This document shows positions 18,001-36,000 of a stretch of 64,000 nt of DNA, piece after piece. Position 1 is the stretch's first letter. Each line of letters begins with the position of its first letter. The stretch is from Eledone cirrhosa (lineage: Eukaryota), in the NCBI GenBank assembly GCA_964016885.1, contig OZ024740.1, positions 16,864,001 to 16,928,000 of the forward strand, given 5' to 3'. The translations under genes were made by a program, and so were the position numbers. A model generated the notes under the pieces. It did no database searches and was not told where the DNA came from. It saw only the letters and a program-made list of their open reading frames with translations.

Positions 18001-21000
18001 CACAACAACAATCACCACAACTACAACCACCACCACAACTACAACCACCACCACAACAACAACCACCACCACAACAAACACCACAACAACAATAACCACA
18101 ACTACAACCCCCACCACAACAACCACCACCACAACAACCACCACCACAACAACAATCACCACAACTACAACCACCACCACAACTACAACCACCACCACAA
18201 CAACAACCAACACCACCACAACCACCACCACAACAAACACCACCACAACAACCACCACCACAACAACAACCACCACAACTACAACCACCACCACAACAAC
18301 CACCACCACAACAACCACCACCACAACAACCACCACCACCACAACAACCACCACCACAACAACAACCACCACAACTACAACCACCACCACAACAACCACC
18401 ACCACAACAACCACTACAACAACAACCACCACCACAACAATCACCACAACTACAACCACCACCCCAACAACCACCACCACAACAACATTCACCACAACTA
18501 CAGCCCCCACCACAACTACAACCACCACCACAACAACAACCACCACCACAACAACCACCACCACAACAATCACCACAACTACAACCACCACCACAACAAC
18601 CACCACCACAACAACAATCACCACAACTACAACCACCCCAGCTACAACCACCACCACAACAACAACCACCACCACAACAACAATCACTCCAACTACAACC
18701 ACCACCACAACAACCACCACCACAACAATCACCCCAACTACAACCACCACCACAACAACCACCACCACAACAACAATCACCACAACTACAACCACCACCA
18801 CAACTACAACCACCACCACAACAACAACCACCACCACAACAATCACCACAACAACAATCACCACAACTACAACCACCACCACAACAACCACCACCTCAAC
18901 AACCACCACCACAACAACCACCACGACAACAATCCCCACAACTACAACCACCACCACAACAACCACCACCACAACAACCACCACCACAACAACCACCACC
19001 ACAACAACAACCACCACAACTACAACCACCACCACAACAACCACCACCACAACAACCACCACCACAACAACCACCACCACAACTACAATCACCACAACCA
19101 CCACCACAACAACAATCACCACAACTACAACCACTACAACAACAACCACCACCACAACAATCACCACAACTACAACCACCACCACAACAACCACCACCAC
19201 AACAACAATCACCACAACTACAACCACCACATCTACAACCACCACCACAACAACAACCACCACCACAACAACAATCACCGCAACTACACCCACCACCACA
19301 ACAACCACCACCACAACAACCACCACCACAACAACAATCACCACAACTACAACCACCACCACAACCACCACCACAACAACCACCACCACAACAACAATCA
19401 CCACAACTACAACCACCACCACAACTACAACCACCACCACAATAACAACCACCACCACAACAACCACCACCACAACAACAATCACCACAACTACAACCAC
19501 CACCACAACAACCACCACCACAACAACCACCACAACAACAATCACCACAACTACAACCACCACCACAACAACCACCACCACAACAACCACCACCACAACA
19601 ACCACCACAACAACAATCACCACAACTACAACCACCACCACAACAACCACCACCACAACAACAATCACCACAACTACAACCAGCACCACAACAACCACAA
19701 CCACAACAACAACCACCACCACAACAACCACCACCACAACAACCACCACCACAACAACCACCAACACAACAAAAACCACCACAACAACAACCACCACAAC
19801 AACAACCACCACAACAACAACCACCACCACAACAACCACCACCACAACAACCACCATCACAACAACAACCACCACAACAACAACCACCACAACAACAACC
19901 ACCACAACAACAACCACCACCACAACAACCACCACCTCAACAACATTCACCACAACTACAACCACGACCACAACTACAACCACCACCACAACAACAACCA
20001 CCACCACAACAACCACCACAACAACAATCACCACAACTACAACCACCACCACAACTACAACCACCACCACAACAACCACCACAACTACAACCACCACCAC
20101 AACAACAACCACCACCACAACAACCAGCACCACAACAACCACCACCACAACAACAATCACCACAACTACAACCACCACCACAACTACAACCACCACCACA
20201 ACAACAACCACCACCACAACAACAATCACCACAACTACAACCACCACCACAACAACCACCTCCACAACTACAACCACTACAACAACAACCACCACCACAA
20301 CAACCACCAACACAACAACCACCACCACAACAACCACCACCACAACTACAACCACCACCACAACAACAACCACCACAACAACAACCACCACAACAACAAC
20401 CACCACCACAACAACAACCACCACTACAACCACCACCACAACAACAATCCCCACAACTACAACCACCACCACAACTACAACCACCACCACAACAACAACC
20501 ACCACCACAACAACCACCACAACAACAATCACCACAACTACAACCACCACCACAACAACCACCACCACAACAACCACCACAACAACATTCACCACAACTA
20601 CAAACACCACCACAACAACCACCACCACAACAACCACCACCACAACAACCACCACCACAACAACCACAACCACAACAACAACCACCACCACAACAACCAC
20701 CACCACAACAACCACCACCACAACAACCACCAACACAACAACAACCACCACAACTACAACCACCACCACAACAACCACCACCACAACAATCACCACCACA
20801 ACAACCACCACCACAACAACCACCACCACAACAACAACCACCACAACAACAACCACCACCACAACAACCACCATCACAACAACCACCACCACAACAACCA
20901 CCACCACAACAACAACCACCACAACAACCACCACAACAACAACCACCACAACAACAACCACCACAACAACAACCACCACAACAACAACCACCACAACAAC

Positions 21001-24000
21001 AACCACCAACACAACAACCACCACCACAACAACAATCACCACAACTACAACCACCACCACAACTACAACCACCACCACAACAACAACCACCACCACAACA
21101 ACTACCACAACAACAATAACCACAACTACAACCCCCACCACAACAACCACCACCACAACAACCACCACCACAACAACAACCACCACAACTACAACCACCA
21201 CCACAACAACCACCACCACAACAATCACCACCACAACAACCACCACCACAACAACCACCACCACAACAACAACCACCACAACTACAACCACCACCACAAC
21301 AACCACCACCACAACAACCACTACAACAACAACCACCACCACAACAACCACCACCACAACAACAATCACCACAACTACAACCCCTACCACAACTACAACC
21401 ACCACCACAACAACAACCACCACCACAACAACCACCACAACAACCACCACCACAACAATCACCACAACTACAACCACCACCACAACAACCACCACCACAA
21501 CAACAATCACCACAACTACAACCACCACAGCTACAACCAAAACCACAACAACAACCACCACCACAACAACAATCACCACAACTACAACCACCACGACAAC
21601 AACCACCACCACAACAACCACCACCACAACAACAATCACCCCAACTACAACCACCACCACCACAACCACCACCAAAACAACCACCACCACAACAACCTCA
21701 CCACAACTACAACCACCACCACAACTACAACCACCACCACAACAACAACCACCACCACAACAACCACCACCACAACAAGCACCACCACAACAACAATCAC
21801 CACCACAACAACCACCACCACAACAACCACCACCACAACAAACACCACCACAACAACAACCACCACCACAACAACCACCACCACAACAAGCACCACCACA
21901 ACAACAATCGCCACAACTACAACCACCACCACAACTACAACCACCACCACCACAATAACCACAACTACAACAACAATCACCACAACAACAATCACCACAA
22001 CAACAACAACCACCACCACAACAACCACCACCACAACAACCACCACCACCACAACAACAATCACCACAACTACAACCACCACCACAACTACAACCACCAC
22101 CACCACAACAACCACCACCACAACAACAATCACCACAACAACAATCACCACAACAACCACCACCACAACAACAATCACCACAACTACAACCAACACCACA
22201 ACAACCACCACCACCACAACAACCACCACCACAACAACCACCACCACAACAACAATCACCACAACTACAACCACCACCACAACTACAACCACCACCACCA
22301 CAACAACCACCACTACAACAACAATCACCACAACAACAATCACCACAACAACCACCACCACAACAACAATCACCACAACTACAACCACCACCACAACAAC
22401 AACCACCACCACAACAACCACCACCACAACAACCACCACCACAACAACAATCATCACAACTACAACCACCACCACAACTACAACCACCACCACAACAACC
22501 ACCACCACAACAACCACCACCACAACAACAATCACCACAACAACAATCCCCACAACAACCACCACCACAACAACAATCACCACAACTACAACCACCACCA
22601 CAACAACCACCACCACAACAACAACCACCACCACAACAACCACCACCACAACAACAATCACCACAACAACCACCACCACAACAACAATCACCACAACTAC
22701 AACCACCACCACAACAACCACCACCACAACAACAATCACCACAACTACAACCATCACCACAACAACAATCACCACAACTACAACCACCACCACAACAACC
22801 GCCACCACAACAACCACCACCACAACAACAATCACCACAACTACAACCACCACCACAACTACGACCACCACCACAACAACAACCACCACCACAACAACCA
22901 CCACAACAACAATCACCACAACTACAACCACCACCACAACAACCACCACCACAACAACCATCACCACAACAACCACCACCACAATAACCACCATCACAAC
23001 AACCACCACCACAACAACAACCACCACCACAACAACCACCACCACAACAACCACCACCACAACAACAACCACCACAACTACAACCACCACCACCACAACC
23101 ACCACCACAACAACCACTACAACTACAACCACCACCACAACAACCACCACCACAACAACAATCACCACAACTACAACCCCCACCACAACTACAACCACCA
23201 CCACAACAACAACCACCACCACAACAACCACCACCACAACAATCACCACAACTACAACCACCACCACAACAACCACCACCACAACAACAATCACGACAAC
23301 TACAACCACCACAACTACAACCACCACCACAACAACAACCACCACCACAACAACAATCACCACAACTACAACCACCACCACAACTACAACCACCACCACA
23401 ACAACAACCACCACCACAACAACCACCACAACAACAATAACCACAACTACAACCCCCACCACAACAACCACCACCACAACAACCACCACCACAACAACAA
23501 CCACCACAACTACAACCACCACCACAACAACCACCACCACAACAATCACCACCACAACAACCACCACCACAACAACCACCACCACAACAACAACCACCAC
23601 AACTACAACCACCACCACAACAACCACCACCACAACAACCACTACAACAACAACCACCACCACAACAATCACCACAACTACAACCACCACCACAACAACC
23701 ACCACCACAACAACAATCACCACAACTACAACCCCCACCACAACTACAACCACCACCACAACAACAACCACCACCACAACAACCACCACCACAACAATCA
23801 CCACAACTACAACCACCACCACAACAACCACCACCACAACAACAATCACCACAACTACAACCACCACAGCTACAACCACCACCACAACAACAACCACCAC
23901 CACAACAACAATCACCACAACTACAACCACCACCACAACAACCACCACCACAACAACCACCACCACAACAACAATCACCCCAACTACAACCACCACCACA

Positions 24001-27000
24001 ACAACCACCACCACAACAACCACCACCACAACAACCTCACCACAACTACAACCACTACCACAACTACAACCACCACCACAACAACAACCACCACCACAAC
24101 AACCACCACCACAACAACCACCACCACAACAACAATCACCACCACAACAACCACCACCACAACAACCACCACCACAACAACCACCACCACAACAACAACC
24201 ACCACCACAACAACCACCATCACAACAAGCACCACCACAACAACAATCACCACAACTACAACCACCACCACAACTACAACCACCACCACCACAACAACCA
24301 CCACTACAACAACAATCACCACAACAACAATCACCACCACAACAACAACAACCACCACAACAACAATCACCACAACTACAACCACCACCACAACAACCAC
24401 CACCACAACAACAATCACCACAACTACAACCCGCACCACAACAACCACAACCACAACAACAACCACCACCACAACAACCACCACCACAACAACCACCACC
24501 ACAACAACCACCAACACAACAACAACCACCACAACAACAACCACCACAACAACAACCACCACAACAACAACCACCACCACAACAACCACCACCACAACCA
24601 CCACCACAACAACAACCACCACAACAACAACCACCACAACAACAACCACCACAACAACAACCACCACCACAACAACCACCACCTCAACAACATTCACCAC
24701 AACTACAACCACGACCACAACTACAACCACCACCACAACAACAACCAGCACCACAACAACCACCACAACAACAATCACCACAACTACAACCACCACCACA
24801 ACTACAACCACCACCACAACAACCACCACAACTACAACCACCACCACAACAACAACCACCACCACAACAACCACCACCACAACAACCACCACCACAACAA
24901 CAATCACCACAACTACAACCACCACCACAACTACAACCACCACCACAACAACAACCACCACCACAACAACAATCACCACAACTACAACCACCACCACAAC
25001 AACTACCTCCACAACTACAACCACTACAACAACAACCACCACCACAACAACCACCACCACAACAACCACCACCACAACAACCACCACCACAACAACAACC
25101 ACCACAACAACAACCGCCACAACAACAACCACCACAACAACAACCACCACTACAAAAACCACCACAACAACAACCACCACCACAACAACAACCACCACTA
25201 CAACCACCACCACAACAACAATCCCCACAACTACAACCACCACCACAACTACAACCACCACAACAACAACAACCACCACCACAACAACCACCACAACAAC
25301 AATCACCACAACTACAACCTCACCACAACAACCACCACCACAACAACCACCACCACAACAACCACCACAACAACAATCACCACAACTACAAACACCACCA
25401 CAACAACCACCACCACAACAACCACCACCACAACAACCACCACCACAACAACCACAACCACAACAACAACCACCACCACAACAACCACCACCACAACAAC
25501 CACCACCACAACAACCACCAACACAACAACAACCACCACAACAACAACCACCACAACAACAACCACCACCACAACAACCACCACAACAACAACCACCACA
25601 ACAACAACCACCACAACAACAACCACCAACACAACAACCACCACCACAACAACAATCACCACAACTACATCCACCACCACAACTACAACCACCACCACCA
25701 CAACAACCACCACTACAACAACAATCACCACAACAACAATCACCACAACAACAACAACAACCACCACAACAACAATCACCACAACTACAACCACCACCAC
25801 AACAACCACCACCACAACAACAACCACCACAACTACAACCACCACCACAACAACCACCACCACAACAACCACTACAACAACAACCACCACCACAACAATC
25901 ACCACAACTACAACCACCACCACAACAACCACCACCACAACAACAATCACCACAACTACAACCCCCACCACAACTACAACCACCACCACAACAACAACCA
26001 CCACCACAACAACCACCACCACAACAATCACCACAACTACAACCACCACCACAACAACCACCACCACAACAACAATCACCACAACTACAACCACCACAGC
26101 TACAACCACCACCACAACAACAACCACCACCACAACAACAATCACCACAACTACAACCACCACCACAACAACCACCACCACAACAACCACCACCACAACA
26201 ACAATCACCCCAACTACAACCACCACCACAACAACCACCACCACAACAACCACCACCACAACAACCTCACCACAACTACAACCACTACCACAACTACAAC
26301 CACCACCACAACAACAACCACCACCACAACAACTACCACCACAACAACCACCACAACAACAACAATCACCACCACAACAACCACCACCACAACAACCACC
26401 ACCACAACAACCACCACCACAACAACAACCACCACCACAACAACCACCATCACAACAAGCACCACCACAACAACAATCACCACAACTACAACCACCACCA
26501 CAACTACAACCACCACCACCACAACAACCACCACTACAACAACAATCACCACAACAACAATCACCACAACAACAACAACAACCACCACAACAACAATCAC
26601 CACAACTACAACCACCACCACAACAACCACCACCACAACAACAATCACCACAACTACAACCCGCACCACAACAACCACAACCACAACAACAACCACCACC
26701 ACAACAACCACCACCACAACAACCACCACCACAACAACCACCAACACAACAACAACCACCACAACAACAACCACCACAACAACAACCACCACAACAACAA
26801 CCACCACCACAACAACCACCACCACAACCACCACCACAACAACAACCACCACAACAACAACCACCACAACAACAACCACCACAACAACAACCACCACCAC
26901 CACAACAACCACCACCTCAACAACATTCACCACAACTACAACCACGACCACAACTACAACCACCACCACAACAACAACCAGCACCACAACAACCACCACA

Positions 27001-30000
27001 ACAACAATCACCACAACTACAACCACCACCACAACTACAACCACCACCACAACAACCACCACAACTACAACCACCACCACAACAACAACCACCACCACAA
27101 CAACCACCACCACAACAACCACCACCACAACAACAATCACCACAACTACAACCACCACCACAACTACAACCACCACCACAACAACAACCACCACCACAAC
27201 AACAATCACCACAACTACAACCACCACCACAACAACTACCTCCACAACTACAACCACTACAACAACAACCACCACCACAACAACCACCACCACAACAACC
27301 ACCACCACAACAACCACCACCACAACAACAACCACCACAACAACAACCGCCACAACAACAACCACCACAACAACAACCACCACTACAAAAACCACCACAA
27401 CAACAACCACCACCACAACAACAACCACCACTACAACCACCACCACAACAACAATCCCCACAACTACAACCACCACCACAACTACAACCACCACAACAAC
27501 AACAACCACCACCACAACAACCACCACAACAACAATCACCACAACTACAACCACCACCACAACAACCACCACCACAACAACCACCACCACAACAACCACC
27601 ACAACAACAATCACCACAACTACAAACACCACCACAACAACCACCACCACAACAACCACCACCACAACAACCACCACCACAACAACCACAACCACAACAA
27701 CAACCACCACCACAACAACCACCACCACAACAACCACCACCACAACAACCACCAACACAACAACAACCACCACAACAACAACCACCACAACAACAACCAC
27801 CACCACAACAACCACCACAACAACAACCACCACAACAACAACCACCACAACAACAACCACCAACACAACAACCACCACCACAACAACAATCACCACAACT
27901 ACATCCACCACCACAACTACAACCACCACCACAACAACAACCACCACCACAACAACCACCACAACAACAATAACCACAACTACAACCCCCACCACAACAA
28001 CCACCACCACAACAACCACCACCACAACAACAACCACCACAATTACAACCACCAGCACAACAACCACCACCACAACAATCACAACCACAACAACCACCAC
28101 CACAACAACCACCACCACAACAACAACCACCACATCTACAACCACCACCACAACAACCACCACCACAACAACCACTACAACAACAACCACCACCACAACA
28201 ATCACCACAACTACAACCACCACCACAACAACCACCACCACAACAACAATCACCACAACTACAACCCCCACCACAACTACAACCACCACCACAACAACAA
28301 CCACCACCACAACAACCACCACCACAACAATCACCACAACTACAACCACCACCACAACAACCACCACCACAACAACAATCACCACAACTACAACCACCAC
28401 AGCTACAACTACCACCACAACAACAACCACCACCACAACAACAATCACCACAACTACAACCACCACCACAACAACCACCACCACAACAACAATCACCACA
28501 ACTACAACCACCACCACAACAACCACCACCACAACAACCACCACCACAACAACCTCACCACAACTACAACCACCACCACAACTACAACCACCACCACAAC
28601 AACAACCACCACCACAACAACCACCACCACAACAACCACCACCATCACAACAATCACCACCACAACAACCACCACCACAACAACCACCACCACAACAAAC
28701 ACCACCACAACAAAAACCAACACCACAACAACCACCACCACAACAAGCACCACCACAACAACAATCACCACAACTACAACCACCACCACAACTACAACCA
28801 CCACCACCACAACAACCACCACTACAACAACAATCACCACAACAACAATCACCACAACAACAACAACCACCACCACAACAACCACCACCACAACAACAAC
28901 CACCACCACAACAACAATCACCACAACTACAACCACCACCACAACTACAACCACCACCACCACCACAACCACCACTACAACAACAATCACCACAACAACA
29001 ATCACCACAACAACCACAACCAAAACAACAATCACCACAACTACAACCACCACCACAACAACAACCACCACCACAACAAACACCACCACAACAACCACCA
29101 CCACAACAACAATCATCACAACTACAACCACCACCACAACTACAACCACACCCACAACAACCACCACCACAACAACCACCACCACAACAACAATCACCAC
29201 AACAACAATCACCACAACAACCAACACCACAACAACAATCACCACAACTACAACCAACACCACAACAACCACCACCACCACAACAACCACCACCACAACA
29301 ACAATCACCACAACTACAACCACCACCACCACAACAACCACCACTACAACAACAATCACCACAACAACAATCACCACAACAACCACCACCACAACAACAA
29401 TCACCACAACTACAACCACCACCACAACAACAACCACCACCACAACAACCACCACCACAACAACCACCACCACAACAACAATCATCACAACTACAACCAC
29501 CACCACAACTACAACCACCACCACAACAACCACCACAACAACAACCACCACCACAACAACCACCACCACAACAACAATCACCACAACAACCACCACCACA
29601 ACAACAATCACCACAACTACAACCACCACCACAACAACCACCACCACAACAACAATCACCACAACTACAACCATCACCACAACAACAATCACCACAACTA
29701 CAACCACCACCACAACAACCACCACCACAACAACCACCACCACAACAACAATCACCACAACTACAACCACCACCACAACTACGACCACCACCACAACAAC
29801 AACCACCACCACAACAACCACCACAACAACAATCACCACAACTACAACCACCACCACAACAACCACCACCACAACAACCATCACTACAACAACCACCACC
29901 ACAACAACCACCATCACAACAACCACCACCACAACAACAACCACCACAACTACGACCACCACCACAACAACCACCACCACAACAACCACCACCACAACAA

Positions 30001-33000
30001 CCACCACCACAACAACAACCACCACAACTACAACCACCGCCACCACAACCACCAACACAACAACCACTACAACTACAACCACCACCACAACAACCACCAC
30101 CACAACAACAATCACCACAACTACAACCCCCACCACAACTACAACCACCACCACAACAACAACCACCACCACAACAACCACCACCACAACAATCACCACA
30201 ACTACAACCACCACCACAACAACCACCACCACAACAACAATCACCACAACTACAACCACCACAACTACAACCACCACCACAACAACTACCACCACCACAA
30301 CAACAATCACCACAACTACAACCACCACCACAACTACAACCACCACCACAACAACAACCACCACCACAACAACCACCACAACAATAATAACCACAACTAC
30401 AACCCCCACCACAACAACCACCACCACAACAACCACCACCACAACAACAACCACCACAACTACAACCACCACCACAACAACCACCACCACAACAATCACC
30501 ACCACAACAACCACCACCACAACAACCACCACCAAAACAACAACCACCACAACTACAACCACCACCACAACAATCACCACAACTACAACCACCACAGCTA
30601 CAACCACCACCACAACAACAACCACCACCACAACAACAATCACCACAACTACAACCACCACAACTACAACCACCACCACAACAACAATCACCACAACTAC
30701 AACCACCACCACAACTACAACCACCACCACAACAACAACCACCTCCACAACAACCACCACAACAACAATAACCACAACTACAACCCCCACCACAACAACC
30801 ACCACCACAACAACAACCACCACCACAACAATCACCACAACTACAACCACCACCACAACAACCACCACCACAACAACAATCACCACAACTACAACCCCCA
30901 CCACAACTACAACCACCACCACAACAACAACCACCACCACAACAACCACCACCACAACAATCACCACAACTACAACCACCACAGCTACAACCACCACCAC
31001 AACAACAACCACCACCACAACAACAATCACCACAACTACAACCACCACCACAACAACCACCACCACAACAACCACCACCACAACAACAATCACCCCAACT
31101 ACAACCACCACCACAACAACCACCACCACAACAACCACCACCACAACAACCTCACCACAACTACAACCACCACCACAACTACAACCACCACCACAACAAC
31201 AACCACCACCACAACAACCACCACCACAACAACCACCACCACAACAACCACCACCACAACAACCACCACCACCACAACAACCACCACCACAACAAGCACC
31301 ACCACAACAACAATCACCACAACTACAACCACCACCACAACTACAACCACCACCACCACAACAACCACCACTACAACAACAATCACCACAACAACAATCA
31401 CCACAACAACAACAACCACCACCACAACAACCACCACCACAACAACCACCACCACCACAACAACAATCACCACAACTACAACCACCACCACAACAACCAC
31501 CACCACAACAACAACCACCACCACAACAAGCACCACTACAACAACCACCACCACAACTACAACCACCACTACAACAACAATCACCACAACAACAATCACC
31601 ACAACAACAACCACCACAACAACAATCACCACAACTACAACCACCACCACAACAACAACCACCATCACAACAACCACCACCACAACAACCACCACCACAA
31701 CAACCACCACCACAACAACCACCACCACAACAACAACCAACACAACTACAACCACCACCACCACAACCACCACCACAACAACCACTACAACAACAACCAC
31801 CACCACAACAATCACCACAACTACAACCACCACCACAACAACCACTACCACAACAACAATCACCACAACTACAACCCCCACCACAACTACAACCACCACC
31901 ACAACAACAACCACCACCACAACAACCACCACCACAACAACAAGCACCACAACTACAACCACCACAACTACAACCACCACCACAACAACAACCACCACCA
32001 CAACAACAATCACCACAATTACAACCACCACCACAACAACCACCACCACAACAACCACCACCACAACAACAATCACCCCAACTACAACCACCACCACAAC
32101 AACCACCACCACAACAACCACCACCACAACAACAATCACCACAACTACAACCACCACCACAACTACAACCACCACCACAACAACAACCACCACCAAACAA
32201 CCACCACCACAACAACCACCTCCACAACAACAATCACCACAACTACAACCACCACCACAACAACCACCACCACAACAACCGCCACCACAACAACAATCAC
32301 CACAACTACAACCACCACCACAACAACCACCACAACAACAATCACCACAACTACAACCACCACCACAACAACCACCACCACAACAACCACCACCACAACA
32401 ACCACCACCACAACAACAACCACCACAACTACAACCACTACCACCACAACCACCACCACAACAACCACTACAACAACAACCACCACCACAACAACAATCA
32501 CCACAACTACAACCACCACCACAACAACAATCACCACAACTACAACCACCACCACAACAACAACCACCACCACAACAAACACCACCACAACAACCACAAC
32601 CACAACAACAATCATCACAACTACAACCACCACCACAACTACAACCACACCCACAACAACCACCACTACAACAACCACCACCACAAGAACAATCACCACA
32701 ACAACAATCACCACAACAACCACCACCACAACAACAATCACCACAACTACAACCAACACCACAACAACCACCACCACCACAACAACCACCACCACAACAA
32801 CCACCACCACAACAACAATCACCACAATTACAACCACCACCACAATTACAACCACCACCACCACAACAACCACCACTACAACAACAATCACCACAACAAC
32901 AATCACCACAACAACCACCACCACAACAACAATCACCACAACTACAACCACCACCACAACAACAACCACCACCACAACAACCACCACCACAACAACCACC

Positions 33001-36000
33001 ACCACAACAACAATCACCACAACTACAACCCCCACCACAACTACAACCACCACCACAACAACAACCACCACCACAACAACCACCACCACAACAATCACCA
33101 CAACTACAACCACCACAGCTACAACCACCACCACAACAACAACCACCACCACAACAACAATCACCACAACTACAACCACCACCACAACAACCACCACCAC
33201 AACAACAATCACCCCAACTACAACCACCACCACAACAACCACCACCACAACAACCACCACCACAACAACCTCACCACAACTACAACCACCACCACAACTA
33301 CAACCACCACCACAACAACAACCACCACCACAACAACCACCACCACAACAACCACCACCACAACAACCACCACCACAACAACCACCACCACAACAACAAC
33401 CACCACCACAACAACCACCACCACAACAAGCACAACCACAACAACAATCACCACAACTACAACCACCACCACAACTACAACCACCACCACCACAACAACC
33501 ACCACTACAACAACAATCACCACAACAACAATCACCACAACAACAACAACCACCACCACAACAATCACCACCACAACAACCACCACCACCACAACAACAA
33601 TCACCACAACTACAACCACCACCACAACAACCACCACCACAACAACAACCACCACCACAACAACCACCACCACAACAACCACCACCACAACTACAACCAC
33701 CACTACAACAACAATCACCACAACAACAATCACCACAACAACCACCACCACAACAACAATCACCACAACTACAACCACCACCACAACAACAACCACCATC
33801 ACAACAACCACCACCACAACAACCACCACCACAACAACCAACACCACAACAACCACCACCACAACAACAACCACCACAACTACAACCACCACCACCACAA
33901 CCACCACCACAACAACCACTACAACAACAACCACCACCACAACAATCACCACAACTACAACCACCACCACAACAACCACCACCACAACAACAATCACCAC
34001 AACTACAACCCCCACCACAACTACAACCACCACCACAACAACAACAACCACCACAACAACCACCACCACAACAACAAGCACCACAACTACAACCACCACA
34101 ACTACAACCACCACCTCAACAACAACCACCACCACAACAACAATCATCACAATTACAACCACCACCACAACAACAATCACCACAACTACAACCACCACCA
34201 CAACTACAACCACCACCACCACAACAACCACCACTACAACAACAATCACCACAACAACAATCACCACAACAACCACCACCACAACAACAATCACCACAAC
34301 TACAACCACCACCACAACAACAACCACCACCACAACAACCACCACCACAACAACCACCACCACAACAACAATCATCACAACTACAACCACCACCACAACT
34401 ACAACCACCACCACAACAACCACCACCACAACAACCACCACAACAACAACCACCACCACAACAACCACCACCACAACAAGAATCACCACAACAACCACCA
34501 CCACAACAACAATCACCACAACTACAACCACCACCACAACAACCACCACCACAACAACAATCACCACAACTACAACCATCACCACAACAACAATCACCAC
34601 AACTACAACCACCACCACAACAACCACCACCACAACAACCACCACCACAACAACAATCACCACAACTACAACCACCACCACAACTACGACCACCACCACA
34701 ACAACAACCACCACCACAACAACCACCACAACAACAATCACCACAACTACAACCACCACCACAACAACCACCATCACAACAACCATCACCACAACAACCA
34801 CCACCACAACAACCACCATCACAACAACCACCACCACAACAACAACTACCACAACTACAACCACCACCACAACAACCACCACCACAACAACCACCACCAC
34901 AACAACCACCACCACAACAACAACCACCACAACTACAACCACCACCACCACAACCACCACCACAACAACCACTACAACTACAACCACCACCACAACAAAC
35001 ACCACCACAACAATCACCACAACTACAACCCCCACCACAACTACAAACACCACCACAACAACAACCACCACCACAACAACCACCACCACAACAATCACCA
35101 CAACTACAACCACCACCACAACAACCACCACCACAACAACAATCACCACAACTACAACCACCACAACTACAACCACCACCACAACAACTACCACCACCAC
35201 AACAACAATCACCACAACTACAACCACCACCACAACTACAACCACCACCACAACAACAACCACAACCACAACAACCACCACAACAACAATAACCACAACT
35301 ACAACCCCCAGCACAACAACCACCACCACAACAACCACCACCACAACAACAACCACCACAACTACAACCACCACCACAACAACCACCACCACAACAATCA
35401 CCACCACAACAACCACCACCACAACAACCACCACCACAACAACAACCACCACAACAACAACCACCACCACAACAACCACCACCACAACAACCACTACAAC
35501 AACAACCACCACCACAACAATCACCACAACTACAACCACCACCACAACAACCACCACCACAACAACAATCACCACAACTACAACCCCCACCACAAATACA
35601 ACAACCACCACAACAACCACCACCACAACAACCACCACCACAACAACCTCACCACAACTACAACCACCACCACAACTACAACCACCACCACAACAACAAC
35701 CACCACCACAACAACCACCACCACAACAACCACCACCACAACAACAATCACCACCACAACAACCACCACCACAACAACCACCACCACAACAACCACCACC
35801 ACAACAACAACCACCACCACAACAACCACCACCACAACAAGCACCACCACAACAACAATCACCACAACTACAACCGCCACCACAACTACAACCACCACCA
35901 CCACAACAACCACCACTACAACAACAATCACCACAACAACAATCACCACAACAACAACAACCACCACCACAACAACCACCACCACAACAACCACCACCAC

